From NCBI GenBank assembly GCA_976226885.1, contig OZ320318.1, positions 86,056,001-86,120,000 on the forward strand: DNA of 64,000 nucleotides, in the 5' to 3' direction. This document shows positions 47,127-60,970 of this stretch, piece by piece. Below the pieces are notes generated by a model. The model did not search any database, was not told the DNA's origin, and saw nothing but the letters and a program-made list of their open reading frames with translations. Numbering within the stretch: the first letter of the stretch is position 1; every line of letters starts with the position of its first letter. Made by a program: the position numbers and the translations under genes. This stretch comes from Iphione sp. A-MEVVRFRX5. Taxonomy: Eukaryota.

Positions 47127-49220
47127 GTGAGTATAGGCAGAAAATCACTGAAAGAGAAACGAAACTGAAACTGAAACCCTTGCTCTTTTGACGGAATGTG
47201 ATGATGGTTATGCAACAAGTATGGATTACATGCAAGCCTCAAAACTCTGCGTTTCAGACCAAGAAGATGCATATGATAATTTGTAGATAAAAACTATTAA
47301 TAGCGACGTTTTCAAATATGACTACAGACCGAAATACAGCAGGTGGAAATTTAATCTTATTCAATAAACGCAAAAATGGGACATACAACAAAGACTTTTG
47401 TTTACGTCTCCTCGTACATAGTAAAAACTGGAAGAAACCCTCTCCTTGACTATTTTACTCCCATATGGGGTAACCAATAAGGCAACTCCCTCCTTCCACA
47501 TTCAACATACCATTCAGTATTATAACAACAGTTCCCTTGCAACAGTAGTATCATTCTGGGAAATTAATGAACTTCCAATCATTGGCTGTTACCAAGCCCA
47601 ATGCCATATTAAAGAAACGTACATGTACTTAGTATACAAGCAATGCTATGAGCCGGTGGTCACTTTGTTTTCTACCTGGAGAGGTCTTGCCAGGTGAGCT
47701 TTGTTTCAAGTAGATTGGCTCCACGAACCTTGAGTCTGCCACGGTGGACTTAGTGGTCATTAACCCTAGCGTACTAAACACAGACTGGCTCCTCCTATAT
47801 TCCCCATTCACCGGGTAGCTACGGTACAGAGTCCCCCACCACTCCCACTCCCACCACCACAGCATTTGACGGCGAGCGTTTAGCGCTCTGCCTTCGCCAG
47901 TTGCAGTGGGGCATTATACCGCCGAAATTTACCGCCACAATCGCATTATTGGGGAGGTGGTAGGGACTGTAACCGCACAGGTAGTAGTACTCGTGAATGG
48001 GTGGGTGGGTTTGTGGGTGGGTGGGTGGGTGGGAGTTAGAATTGGGTGGGAGTTAGAGCTGATGAGTGTGTGGTTCAAGACGAGCACAGAGTCGCCTAAA
48101 CCGCCGTGAGAACAGTATTAATCAGTCGAAACTCGTATACACACAAGACACTTGAGATATTACATACTTTTAAGAACGGATCGTAGCTGGGGATAGGGTG
48201 TATTGTTACCATAAGCTGCTGGTATTACGATATGTATTTGTGCCGGGAATATAATTACAGAAGCAATGACCCTATTAGTTCAATCAATTCCAGCCTTTGA
48301 TTCCTTTTTATACAGGTGATTTGATTTTGTTGATTTGGGACTGGTAGAAAAATATTGCTGGACTTCATACAGTGTAAAGCGTCTATTGTTAGGGACAAAC
48401 TTAACTCTCTCCCAGACCGCTCCTTATTGGACTGTTAAAGACTTTGAACATGAGATATGGATCATATACAAATGTGTTCTGTATTTTCCTAAAGTGTCCC
48501 TATTTGAGGTATGAAGCATATCTTGAAGCCAGCATGTCACTGTATAGCATATTTATTTTTTCTGTTTCCAATTACATGTAGACCAAAAACTCTACAGAGC
48601 CAGATGATATACAGACTGAACCATTACCATTCTCACTGTCAAAATTGTAAATTATACGTTTCTCAGTACATGATGAATATGTAATGACACATGAAAAGTC
48701 AAACTTGGGATGAAGTATAAATGTCTTGACCGAGACATTTGGAAATAGACCTGGTTGCCCATGACTGGATTGATAGATCTAATGCAGCAAAATTTCAGTG
48801 AAAAATAAAATAAAAAATATTGCTTGTATATTAATTTATATTAATAGGTACATGTATACATGTATGTAACTAAATATTTGCACTAAATAAAACATCGGCT
48901 GCATTTTGTTTCTTTTCTCTACAATGTATATCGATAAACAAAGGAAAAACAGCAACTCTTTCCTTATATTTTTTTGTCTTGATTCCTGATCAGCTCTGCG
49001 TATTCTTCTACCTGTAGTTTGGCAATCAACTGTAGGTGGTATATGGCATTCAGGATCGTAAAGATCGTACTGTAGCCGTTGTCCATAGGTTTTCAAGCTC
49101 AAGCATGTACAGGTAGACATATTAGTTCCGCTTTTGTTCCCTCATGTGTAATAAATCATACCGCCCGAGTCCATTGATGATCCTGTTGTGCCTGAGTCTC
49201 GTCCGTCTCTTTGTTTCCAG

Positions 49221-50079
49221 ACAAGGAATGCCTCTACAAACATGGAACCAGTCGCTACAACAGCAGACAAGGCGTCTGCACCCCCCAACCCCCTACCCCC
49301 ATCAATGCCATGCACCCTCCCACCCCCGGCTCTAGGAGGTCCTCAACCTCCAGGCCGCCCTCATCGCAGACAAGGACAGAAACTCCTCCGACAGGCTTGT
49401 CTATCTCTGGCTTCCGTCCCCCTAGCGTGGGCTCGGTGCGTCAGACGACGATGAGTCTGAAGAGATACCGGAAGGCGCCGCCACCGCCGCCGCCTGCGCG
49501 CCCGACCAAAGCCTGGGCCTGTAAGCTGGCGTCGACGGACGAGGTCGCCGCGGCGCCTTTGTTACAGCACCAACTAGCATCGCCGTCAAAAGACCGGATA
49601 TCCGTCGATGATTTACCAACTTCCGGTTCCGGTCGCCCAGAGTCGGCATCGTCGGCGCCCCCACTGCAGCGACAGGCGAGCCGCACACAGAGTGCCACGG
49701 TGCATCGCCCGCGAATCACGCCTCCGACACGCCCGACTAAGTCGGCCGGTTCCAGCCGACTGCGCACCGAGGCGACGGCGGAAGTGGCCGCGACGGAAGC
49801 CCAGAAGCGCGTCAGGATCGACACCGGTAGAAATCAGCGTGAACCACCCACTCCGGCGGACACGACGACAATTCCGCTTCCGCCGTCTGGCTCACCTCCC
49901 AGTCCACCACTGTCGTCGGACGAGCGGCCGGAAGCGCCGGCGCCACCTAGTGAGACAGATGAGAACGAGTCGACGGCGGGCAGTCTCTTGGAGGAAGCGA
50001 CGTCGTGCAACGACTACGAGGAGGCGCTCGACAAGTACGGCTGGAAGTTTGAAATCCCAGGCGACCCCCTGAACCTCAA
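49221..50079 (+). CDS. Large exon encoding a Pro/Ser/Thr-rich low-complexity region
   Basis: CTTTGTTTCCAG|ACAAGG ... CTCAA|GTAAGC. 859 nt open (ORF 49211-50083), GC3-rich, ending in a structured-looking segment (YEEALDKYGWKFEIPGDPLNLK). Confidence 0.85.
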
Positions 50080-50569
50080 GTAAGCAGACTTTAACATATT
50101 CCGGTCTTCACGGCTTCATATGGTCTGGTTTTGTGTAGTTTAATCATTTCGGCCATGCTCATCATTTAACAGTCAATAAAACTGGACTGAAACAACTCCT
50201 GACTGTATATCTATTGATGTAAGATTATGTTACTATGTATTACGTAAAGCGTGACACAGCAGAGAAATCACGGCATGTTTCTGTAGTTTTGTGTAGGGAA
50301 TGTTATTCTGCGTAGTTACCGAAGCTTTGCTGGAGATTCAGTCTAGCGAGGCCCTTCCGTCGGGAAATAATTGACTTATACCAAAATTTCCGAATGTGTG
50401 ATTATATTTTCATATTTCCAACGCAAATCCATTTGCACACTCGCCTAGTTCTGTTCTCTGCTACCAATTGAATAAAGATGTATTTTTCAACTTAAAAATG
50501 GGCTTCAAGGTTTACAGGTGTAGCATGATAAACTAACTGGATTTTATTTGGTTTAAACCCGTTCATCAG

Positions 50570-50816
50570 GACCCCTTACTTGCCCGCTCGCCTGCCCTAT
50601 ACGGTCAAGGTCCCCATCCCGACGGTGGCGCCGAATCCGCCACGCGGCCACATGATGAACTACGACACCTACTTCTACAACACCATCCCGCGCAAACCCC
50701 TCAGCTTCTCCATCCACCAGGAGTGGATCTCCGAGGTGCTGCACGCCAAACGCATGGACCTGCAGAAGAGGCACGGCACCAACTATAACCACAAGCAGTT
50801 CGCCTTCATCTATTGA
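50570..50816 (+). CDS. Terminal coding exon (TPYLPARLPY...SFSIHQEWISEVLHAKRMDLQKRHGTNYNHKQFAFIY*)
   Basis: TTCATCAG|GACC, phase 2 matching the preceding exon. Strongly GC3-biased codons; TGA at 50814-50816; AATAAA at 51870. Confidence 0.85.
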
Positions 50817-53800
50817 GAGCAATTTTTACTTAAAAACTCCCAGCTGCTCACAGAGAGAGAGAGCACCATGTCCATATGGGGAATGCCAGAACTAGTTGAA
50901 TGCCGTTTTGTGACCAACTCTCTTCTGTACTTCGCTGAAGTCTTCACATTACTACTGGTTTTTGGTTTGCATTGTAGTCTAACCTTATTAACTAATGGGA
51001 AAAGCCTCCGGTAGCAGAATTGGCAGGAATCTGGAAATCTGAGGATGTCTCGGCGTAAATGTTGTATATCGAAGGTAAAATCATCACACACCTGTAATGA
51101 TGCACGAACCACTGGGACGACACTTCACAACTTTGTGGCATTAAAATCATATAAATTGGTCTCTAAGATACATGGTCACAGGGTGATTTGGCCGCTTCTG
51201 GTGGTATTTAAATACATCGGTTAACATATTATGCTGAAAATTGGGTTCTGAACAGATCTTGAATAGAAAGTTTGGTCACATTGTGGTGTGGTCGCATAAC
51301 GGTATTCGACTGAAGATCAAACAGTGACTAAGATCAAGATATTCAGGAACAAAATATATGTTTACATTATACATGTACAATGTTTATATGTCTATATACA
51401 TCAACAATCCTCCAGAGAGACCAACTCGAGAGAGAGACCAAAATTGGCTAGTCCTCAGCTGGGCCTCATTTGAAAATTTTACAGTATTTATTCCCTTCAT
51501 TGGTCTTGACTTTTCAAAGTCTTGCACATACAAACTACTGTGATATTATTTAACTCTTGAAAAGTTTTTAAGGTACATGTAATGTTATTTGCAACGGACT
51601 ATGTTCTTAGTGTATTTGTCAGGGGTCAGTGTTAGTTTCACCCTCCAAACTTAGTCCATACCAAGCCATTGTGTGGAAACCCCCCCCCCAAAGGAACAAA
51701 AACAACAAAACAACAACACATAAACGCAATCTTTTTACTCTTGAAAAAGCCATGCATAACTGAACCTGACATGGGAACCAAATATTATGCTATGCTTCAG
51801 AACATTACTTGAATTTGTGTTGTGGTTAACATGTAATTGTTAACCTTTTGTTAACCATAATAATGGTGTAATAAATCTATGTTGTAATATTATGAACCAG
51901 CTTGTAAACTGGTTGTGCAGACGTCCTAGGAGCATATATGTACACTTGCCAGGTTATACGTAAACAAAGTTAGTAACTGTCTTTGTGCAAAAGGTTATTT
52001 TTTGTTTGTTAAGAAGGTTAAGACAAGGCGTCTCAATAAGGCAAATCTATCTACAATGTAGTCTGACAGAAGGCCGTTTTCGAGTCATGTAAAAACTTAT
52101 AATGAATGTATATATACATGTATATATATGCATCCATTGTATATAGTAGTGACTCACCCTACAGGTGACTCAAGTGGGAGAGTAACTCAGATTTCTGTTC
52201 AGTCCAAACACTAAATAATATGGGAAAAACATCCCTCTGATGGGAGGCAACTCTGTATATAAGGCAGAAATAGTTGGTCCTTCTAGTGGTCAAATTAGAG
52301 CGTTTTTTGTACAGGATATGAATTATTAATTTTTTGATACAGAAGGACAGACATCCAAATTGCCTTAGGATCCCTTGTCTTTGTTTTGTCGTGTGCTTCA
52401 TGCTAGATGCTCTGAAATCTAACATTTTCGACTTTCGTGTACCTTTCGTCGTTTTTCCTTTTGTGTGTTGTATTATATTTTCATTTAAAAAAAACTGTTA
52501 AATGCGGACCTCGCGTAAAGAGGCAGCAAAGAATAATAAATAACGTACCTGTACGTATTTCGAATGACGGGCATTAATTACCAATGTCGTGTAACTGTCC
52601 ATCCATATATATATATATATAATGTTCATATATATTGCATATATGTATGCGTGTACACTGAAATGTTTGGGAAAGATCTGAATTGAGTAACTGTATTCAC
52701 AACTTGTCTATCAAATTCGCCCCCCGGATTATAAACGTCATTTACAAACTATGTGTGTATATATACAGAATATCAGCCACTTAGGCATAAAAAAGTTATG
52801 TGTTTCTGGTAACAAGCTGATAAAATAGAGCGTCAGAAACCTTTCGTTGTTGTAATGATTGTACATGTATATTTTCTTGGGTGCGTAAATTTTATATGCA
52901 TGCATGTACGGTTTAATTCAATGAATGTGATATGTTTATCTTATCTTTTTTCTCTTGTTATTAAGAGATCTATTAATCGTAATTATTGACGTTGTGAGTG
53001 AATGGTGGGCTACGTTTTGCATTGTAAAGTATCCTATTAGCAGTAACCACATATAGTCTTACCTGTCAATGTCATCATTAGGCAGCGTTGAAGTACGAAA
53101 CGTGTAAATATTCTTCAATAAAGTTACATTGATTACCCTACGATACGTAAAGTAAACTCAATCAATGGGACCCATGAGATAATTCTGCATGACTGTATGT
53201 GTCGCACAATTCAAAGCAAATATCCTATGGAAATCGACTTTTGTTTTGAACTTATATTGCAAGGACCCTCTTGCGTAAAATCTTTTCTGTCTTCACTTTA
53301 CCTTTTTAAAAATTATTTTAAAATCAAACAGTTTCAAACTTAAACAGACTACGTGAATAGAAAATAATTAACGACGATTCTTGCTTAAACTGTCCATGGT
53401 TGCAAAATTCTCAAAAATACTACCTTCATATAACGCTAGGTGGTGCAGCAGTATGCCGCTATACCTATGCGCCACCTGGTTCGAGAGAACCGTAACTATA
53501 ACATCCAGATATTGACGGTCAACGTTCATCAATAATCTTATATATAGGTATCCATAATCAATGTATTATATCTCAAGGACTGAGTTCATCCACACATATG
53601 TGTATATGTAATTTCTGTGCCTTTCAAACGAAAACGAAATCTCAGGTCAATCACACGTCATCAATAAGGAATTTATTTATAATGTAGCAGGCATGTGTAA
53701 AATGGGCGTACATTTTCATGGCTAAAGAAAAACCCAGTCGAGGTTATCAACTTCTGTGATGAAGAAGAGACGTCTACTCTTCTTCACCGTCCCTGACACT

Positions 53801-56556
53801 TATTAATATATCGTGTAATATATAATCGACAGCGCAGAGCCTTTGCTAACCACATAGCGCCCCACAACACCCTACTCCCACCCCCATCGCCACCCAACAC
53901 CGTCCATCCTACGCGTACGAGCCTGATATACATGTAGAACTGCCGCAGATAAAAAAAGGATATTTGTAACAGTTCAAGGGCAGAATTATCGTGGCATCAG
54001 GAGGTGGGAGTCTTATACAGATGTTCTAAAGTAATGTATGCATTATAGACAGGCTGCTCTTTGCAATACCAGACGTGGACTTCGATCCGAAAATCTATCC
54101 CCTTAGTTTTTTCTTTTTCATCATAAAAACAATTATTTCGATTGGATTATATTTTTATGAAGTAAATATTCACATTCAGAATCTGTTCACCATTTCAAAC
54201 TCTCAGAGAAAACAAAACGAAATAGGAAACAATGAGAAATTTTTGTACCCTCCAAAATAGTGCACACGTCGAACAGTCGTTCGTATAGAATATCATATCA
54301 TTTGGTCGACATTTCTAACCAGTAACCATATCTACGAATTCTATTTTGCGCATTGTATCATCACATTTAGAAGACAAACCTCGTAGAAATAAACTAGGGG
54401 TGTGTCCACTGCACAGTACCATGAATATCACAATAGAGTATTACATTCCTCTGTTCTTAAGATGACATTGTATGTAAGTTCGAGTACATGCTACTCTAGA
54501 CAGATTTGCTCTAACATAAATGAGTAAAAAACCTTTTAGTAATAAAAGTACCCTCTCAAGTGAGGATCGCACTGAGAGGCATCTAAACTGGCACAAATAT
54601 ATTATATCACACGCTCGCGTGAACTTTAAGTTGCCTTCAAACGTGTAACGTGAGGCAATTCAAGTCTTAATGAGATTGTAATCGCCTCGAAGAGCGACCA
54701 CAACAAGCTAATAATATGGGATTAGATGGGCGTCGTAAGCCTCATTATTAAAGACATTAGTCCGAGAACTACCCAGTAGTTGACGGTGGAAGTGATGATA
54801 CCCAGGCGTTACTGACGGTCACATGGTGAGTCAAACCTTGATAAAACTCGTATTCCTTTCCAACGTTGTGTACTAAACGACTACATGTAGTACCATAAGG
54901 CCTAACTTCCATGTACCCATGTAGCATGTATGGCTGGGAAGTGCTGTGAAAAGTAAAACCCTGTTGCTGTGCTCACCTGTGTGTATGTATTTAGACAAAG
55001 CAGGTATGGTGTGCTTATAGATGAAAGAAAATATGAGTTCCTGTGGCATGAATACCACACTTGGCCCTCCAGCCTCGTTTTGTATTATAATGCTGCCTGA
55101 ACGAGTATTTTGTTTCATCCACAGCTCAGCATACCAGTTTTGTCTTTATTCCAGCCTTGACATTTAAATAAATGACCTATTTTTTGTGTATGGAACTATT
55201 TTCTTTCAGATACTAACAGTGTTTGTACACACTTGTTTACCATACCCCCCACTAGAGGTCAGTAACCTCACTGTATCACAGCACGAGGCTGGCATAAAGT
55301 ATATTGATCATATGACACCTCAGTAGATAGCCATATTTCCTAGCCAGAACACACACACACATAGACCATGGTACATGGCAGAATGCAGCATGGTTTATTC
55401 ACAAAGTAGGTATCTGGACACACACTACATGTTACATATGTGCATGGGCACACTCCTATCATAATGAACATTTAAAAAAAAATATGGCGACCACACAACT
55501 CATATACATGTACACAGGTTCATGGAAATAAGGCCTAAATCAGCCTTGTAGAAAATAACAAAAGGAGGCCATTCACACACGAAGACTCAGATGAGAATAA
55601 ACATGAAGTTTCAAATGATGCGTTCCTGTCCCTACCTAAACCTATCGCTATCCCGTGGCCCAACCTTCGTATATTTTACAGGGTCCCTTTTGGCTACAGG
55701 CTCGGTAGGGTACGAGTTTCGAGAGAGTAAAAACTTTTTAAAGTCAAGCGTTCGTCATCATCCTTTTCGGATCTGTCAGCGGGGAATGAATCATGGGGAA
55801 GAATTATATGAATTTGGGAAGTTAAGAAGTAGGCACAGTGAAAGCAGAAGATAGTGGATTAAAAAGAAAATAAACTCAAATAAATGGAAAGAATTTACAT
55901 TTACTCGATCATATTAGCACTCTATATAAGAATAAATTCACCTTATTTATCTGCTTTTTTCTTCTTTGTCTTCCTCCATCTCTTCTTAACGAATCTCTCG
56001 CTGTCTCCATTTCCGTCTCTCCCATTTATTTTACAACTTCATTAATCAGGCTCATTTTATGTGTATTTCCCGCAAATACAATAAATGAGCGCTTGGAAAG
56101 TTTCTCTTGCACTTACTCGACATTTCCGGGAGTGATTTGGAAGTTGATACACAATGAAAGGTCTTTCTGGCCTTACCATAAGGAAGAACAGAATTCCATG
56201 TACATGTATAACCAATTAAGAAACAGTAAACATGCGAATGAAGGAAATTGACTTCGCTTTGGAAGAAAAATGTCTGTTAATTTCAATAGAGGCCAGGTAA
56301 CTATACCTCCGAGTTAAAGGATGTTTTATAAAATGAGAGAAAAAATGAAGCGGGTGGGAAAATTCAGGATTATTTCACAATAATAAAACATACTTATCAT
56401 TCAAAAAGTTCAACTGATGCAATTAAGCAGTTGAAAATGCATGCATTGCAACATCAGCTGAGACAATATACATGTATATTATCCTTGAAATCAGATATTT
56501 TGACGATTTTTTTTCATTTACGTTAATTTCTTGACACCAAAGTAACACTCACAGTA

Positions 56557-56723
56557 GCTCCCTCGCTATTTCAACATCCTTTGATTCCGACTGATTAGGC
56601 CTACAATAGTGAGGTGATGCAATACTGAAGGGCTTACCATCTATGAAGTTTAATTCTGCGGCCAGAAATTTTTGTTGGAATAGCGATGGGTTGAAATATT
56701 GAGGGGTTGGAATAGCGAGGAGG
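56557..56723. mobile_element. TA-flanked MITE
   Basis: TA|GCTCCCTCGCTATTTCAAC ... GTTGGAATAGCGAGGAGG|TA, with GTTGGAATAGCGA repeated subterminally. Confidence 0.6.
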
Positions 56724-57766
56724 TACTTCAATTATTGCTTGGAACTGCTTGTACACTAAAGACACAATGCTTTTCATAGTAACATATTTTTTATTATCAA
56801 CACTTTTTATTGACGAGAAAGTGTTCTCTCGGACATATAAACCATTAACTATTTTCAGAAAACACCAGTAAAATTGTTAAAAAGTGTAAAAAAAACTACA
56901 AACAAGTCGATATATTTCTCTATTTATATGGGCGGATGTTTATTTTTATTAACTCATTCAAAACATGGATAAAAATCGTTCGACAAATTGTGTTAAAAGC
57001 TGAGCACTTTTTAGAGTGTGGACAAATCCATCCTTCATCCCTAATTTATGGCATACCATATTGCTGCGAATAGTAGTTTTCTAATCTTTTAGAATATCAT
57101 TAGAGTTTATTTCTTTGTTTAACCACAAAGGTTTTACAAGGGGCTAAAACCTAATGGGCCTTTCCAGTAATTACAGCTCCACGTGTACTCATTCAGAACT
57201 CAAGTAAAAGGGGGGCCTGGCAGTCCCCTTTTCTAAACAAGACATGCGAGAAGACCATTGCTCCTTTGTTGGGAATCAGAACAACCTCTATGTGGAATAC
57301 TAATTGTTGGGACAAATCTAAGGAGCTAGAAATAGGCACAGAGCATGAAAGGTAGGTAAACAGAGAATAGTTTCAACAGGTAATAATTACTACAAGTACA
57401 TATCATTCATTGGTAAAATAGGAGTCACGCATGCGATCCGAAGTGATTGGGGTTTGTATATATTAACCGTGGATTTTTCTGAATCAAGTCAATCTTTTGG
57501 ATGGCACTCAGATATATTCTTCCCTATGAAAGCCCCCTGTTTACGAAAATAGAAATACTGCTTCAGTAAGGACGGAAATCCCCGGTCAGATTCTATGATC
57601 AGTTTTGGATTGCAGACTCGGTTAAAGATTATGAACATTCCTTCACCCTTCCCACGTCGTTTCACTGTAGGGTGGGGGTGGGATGGGCTGTAGTACATCT
57701 CGGCGAAACAATCGCGAGTTAACACAACAACTAGATGAGTATTCACTAAACATTGACGTCCTCTTC

Positions 57767-58176
57767 CAGGTCCGTAGCAAAGAATCTTTGTGGGGAGGAA
57801 GGGGTATCTGGATTTAGAGAGGCGGAACTTCTGGAGACCAAACAATATATTTCCTTATATTGCCTCACATTTCCTTACATTTTCTCACACTTCCTCACTC
57901 TTTCTCACTTCTTCTGGCCGTTCATGGGGGTGGGCTTTATGACCAAATCTGAAATTAGAGAGGTGGAACTCCTCGAGAGCAATCAATATAAATATTTTCT
58001 AACATTTCTTTACATTTCCTCACATTTTCTCACCTCTCCTCATTTTTTCTGGCCTTTGTGGGGGGTACGGGACCATATCCGCGATACCCCCTTGGCTATG
58101 GGCCTGGAGAGGCGAAACTCCTGGCTTTGTGGGGGGTATCAGATGATACCCCTATACCCTCTTGGCTACGGGCCTG
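57767..58176. mobile_element. Family E (hAT-like) non-autonomous element
   Basis: CAGGTCCGTAGCAAAG vs reverse-complemented CAGGCCCGTAGCCAAG (14/16). Flanks TCCTCTTC / TCTTCTTG may be a degenerate 8-bp TSD (6/8). Confidence 0.7.
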
Positions 58177-60754
58177 TCTTCTTGACTTTTATTGAAGCCA
58201 TCCTGGACTTTTACCTCCTGAGTGTCTACAGTAGCTTGTTGCTGACCCATGTATCTCCCATTTGTCATTCCCCTGGCTTGTTACATGTATATGATGGCTG
58301 CATTGCTATTACCTGGTCCGGTATATTTAGGAATAAATAGGATTTTTAAAAATCAGAATTCCATTACAGATGAAGCTTACGGCAAAAGTATGGATGGGCT
58401 GCAAAGATTTAAAACATCAGGGAACGAAATTTTAATGTAAAATGGCCTTTGTCATTTGGATAAAATATGGCTATCTTACCATTCTGTAAGAAAGTTGTGA
58501 AAGGTAAAATTGAAAATCACAAAACTAAAACGATAGGAGAGGAGCAGAGTAATCACTCTCATCTTTAGACTTAATGTATTCTTTAAAATCTGTCCACTTT
58601 CCCATTCTTAAACAGTACATTTCTTTGTTCGAGTCCTTTACGCTATACATTATCATTTTTCATGGTGTCCAACAGATTATTTAAACCTGCTCTATGGCTA
58701 GGTGACAGCAGCGGTGGCTATGGCGCCACGTGAGCGAAATTATGGGATGTCCATCTGGGGAAACCGGTTCTTTTCAATGCCAGTGGCGGAACCCAATAAT
58801 CTTACCCCATGGTACTGTAGGCCAGTGTAGAATAATTCAAAGATGATTCCTTAAGGCAGGCTTTCCATGTGTCCAGGTCAAGTCTCCATCGTTCGATCCA
58901 TTCTCATATCCAGTATCCATGTGTGGACCCATGTATACAGCATCCAGCATCTGGTACACTCATATATCCATGCTACATGGATGCTGTGATGGACGCCCAG
59001 ACCCCCCAAAACTGGACAAGGATGGGTTGGGTCTCTGGATGCCAGACCCTAGACCTTTACACAAGGAAACACCCCTAATGATTGTAATCGAATCATTTAT
59101 TCGCAGACCCAGGACCCAGAAGCATGGAAAGGGCCCCTAAGCTTAGGATGATGAAGAAGTATTCACAATGATAGATAAAGTTCAAGCGCAAGTTCAAAAT
59201 GAATTTATTACTCCAAACATCAATCTCCAAAAGCATGTGCTTCCCTTACAGCTCACCTATGTTTATGTTGAGGATAATCGACTATAAGGGCATATTTCAA
59301 ATTAACAGACAACACCACGCCAGCTTTCGTCTACATAAATTACCATCGATTGTTTTTCGGTAAGAACATCGTGTTAATTACCATTGATCACCCTTAACCT
59401 AATCAACGAAAGGTGAGGTTCATTTGGTTGTTTCATTTGCTTTGCTCATGTCTGGCCGACGACAAAGACATACGTTTTAGAAAAAAATAAACTCCCACCG
59501 AAACGAAGAGAGAAAAGGTCGAGAGCTGTCTGGCAACCCCCCCCCCCCGAGCGCCCCCCTCCCCCCCTCCCCCCTCCTCCCCCTCCCTCCCCCTGTGTGT
59601 GTCCTCTGGTATCGGCGTTGTAACCACGCGCCCGACATCGATCTTTCGCCAAGTCGGACCCTATCCCACCGTCGTCGGCCATTTTATCTTAATTACTAGT
59701 GACAAATTAAATTCGTTCACGGCCTATCAACGCCCGACTTCCGCAGGCCCGATCGAAGATATCCGGGCAACGGCGAACGACGTGGGGCACCCACGCCGGG
59801 AATTGGCCGAGGACGGGAAGGCTCGGGGTTTCTCGCGTGATTTCGATTGTTATGTTAAGTCTTGGTAAATAAATGGGGACGTTTGGCTCTCTTGAGCGAG
59901 GTGGTTTGTATTTTCAATAAGAAGATGACCCTCTGCATTTCAAGGATGAATACGTTTTTCTACAGAAGATCAAAATGTAGATCTACATTTTTTTTTATCT
60001 CTGGAAGACTTCAACCTCTCCAGAATCCCTATGTAAAGTCTTTGTATTGTGCAGGATATAGATCTTATGCATGTAAACAGTCTCTGTTTTGAAACTGTTA
60101 CAAAAATACTTCAAAGTTTCCATGTGCTCGGTAACCGTCTACGGATTTGCATCCACATCGGATGTTATTAAGGAAATGACATTCTTTGCAAACACAAAAG
60201 CTATTCGACTAACGGATATAGTAACAAAATTCATGTGCAGATCATTTCTTTGTAGATTACGTTCGGTAGCTGTGTTGTTTCATGACAGGGTTTAAAAGTT
60301 GAGTCCTTTTTGTCGTTTTCAAGAATGCCGTCACATGCCAATAGACGGAGGTGTGTCCTGATGGAAAATGTCCGTAACAGGTCCGTATTGTGGTTTTTCT
60401 TTAACTTTGTACAAAAAAACTCACTATTGCAACACTGCTCCGTACCAAATAATTACACCTGCAAAAGTGAGGGCACTGGAACACTGAGTCTTTTTTCATA
60501 TTAAAAGATCTCATTCTATACTAAATGAATTTCTTAGAATAGTGTAGTTGCTTGAATAGTGAAGTGTTGCAAAAGCGCAGTGTACAGTGAGGTGTCACTT
60601 TCAGGACAGATCATAAAGTAAGATAGACCAGGCAGGCATCAGGGCAGTGGGATTAATTTCGCTAGACAGTGACAGTTTACCAGACTAGAAATAAAGGACC
60701 AGTGGTGTCCTAATTTCTGACATTCCACCATATTTTGTCAGTACACGTATAAAA

Positions 60755-60970
60755 AGCTGTGTTCACATGCATCCATATTTTCTAAAAATAGATACCGCTC
60801 AGTAGACATTATTTATATGTAACCATAGCAAGTGTACTAATCTGTTCACATATTATATCCATTTCAAAATGGATATGGACACATATCCATACTCAAGAAC
60901 TGTCTGGGATGGATAAGTTTTCCATACTAAGCAGTAGTAGAGAAACATCTGGTATTGCATACAGAAGGAC
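60755..60970. mobile_element. Family C MITE, decayed copy
   Basis: GTGTTCACATGCATCC start and a degenerate core CCATACTAAGCAGTAGTAGAGAAACATCTGG at 60922. Ends approximate. Confidence 0.5.

Noticed and set aside
59446-59682. ORF MADDGG... as a protein-coding gene
   Set aside because: It runs into a G-rich low-complexity tract and has no donor site or recognisable motif.
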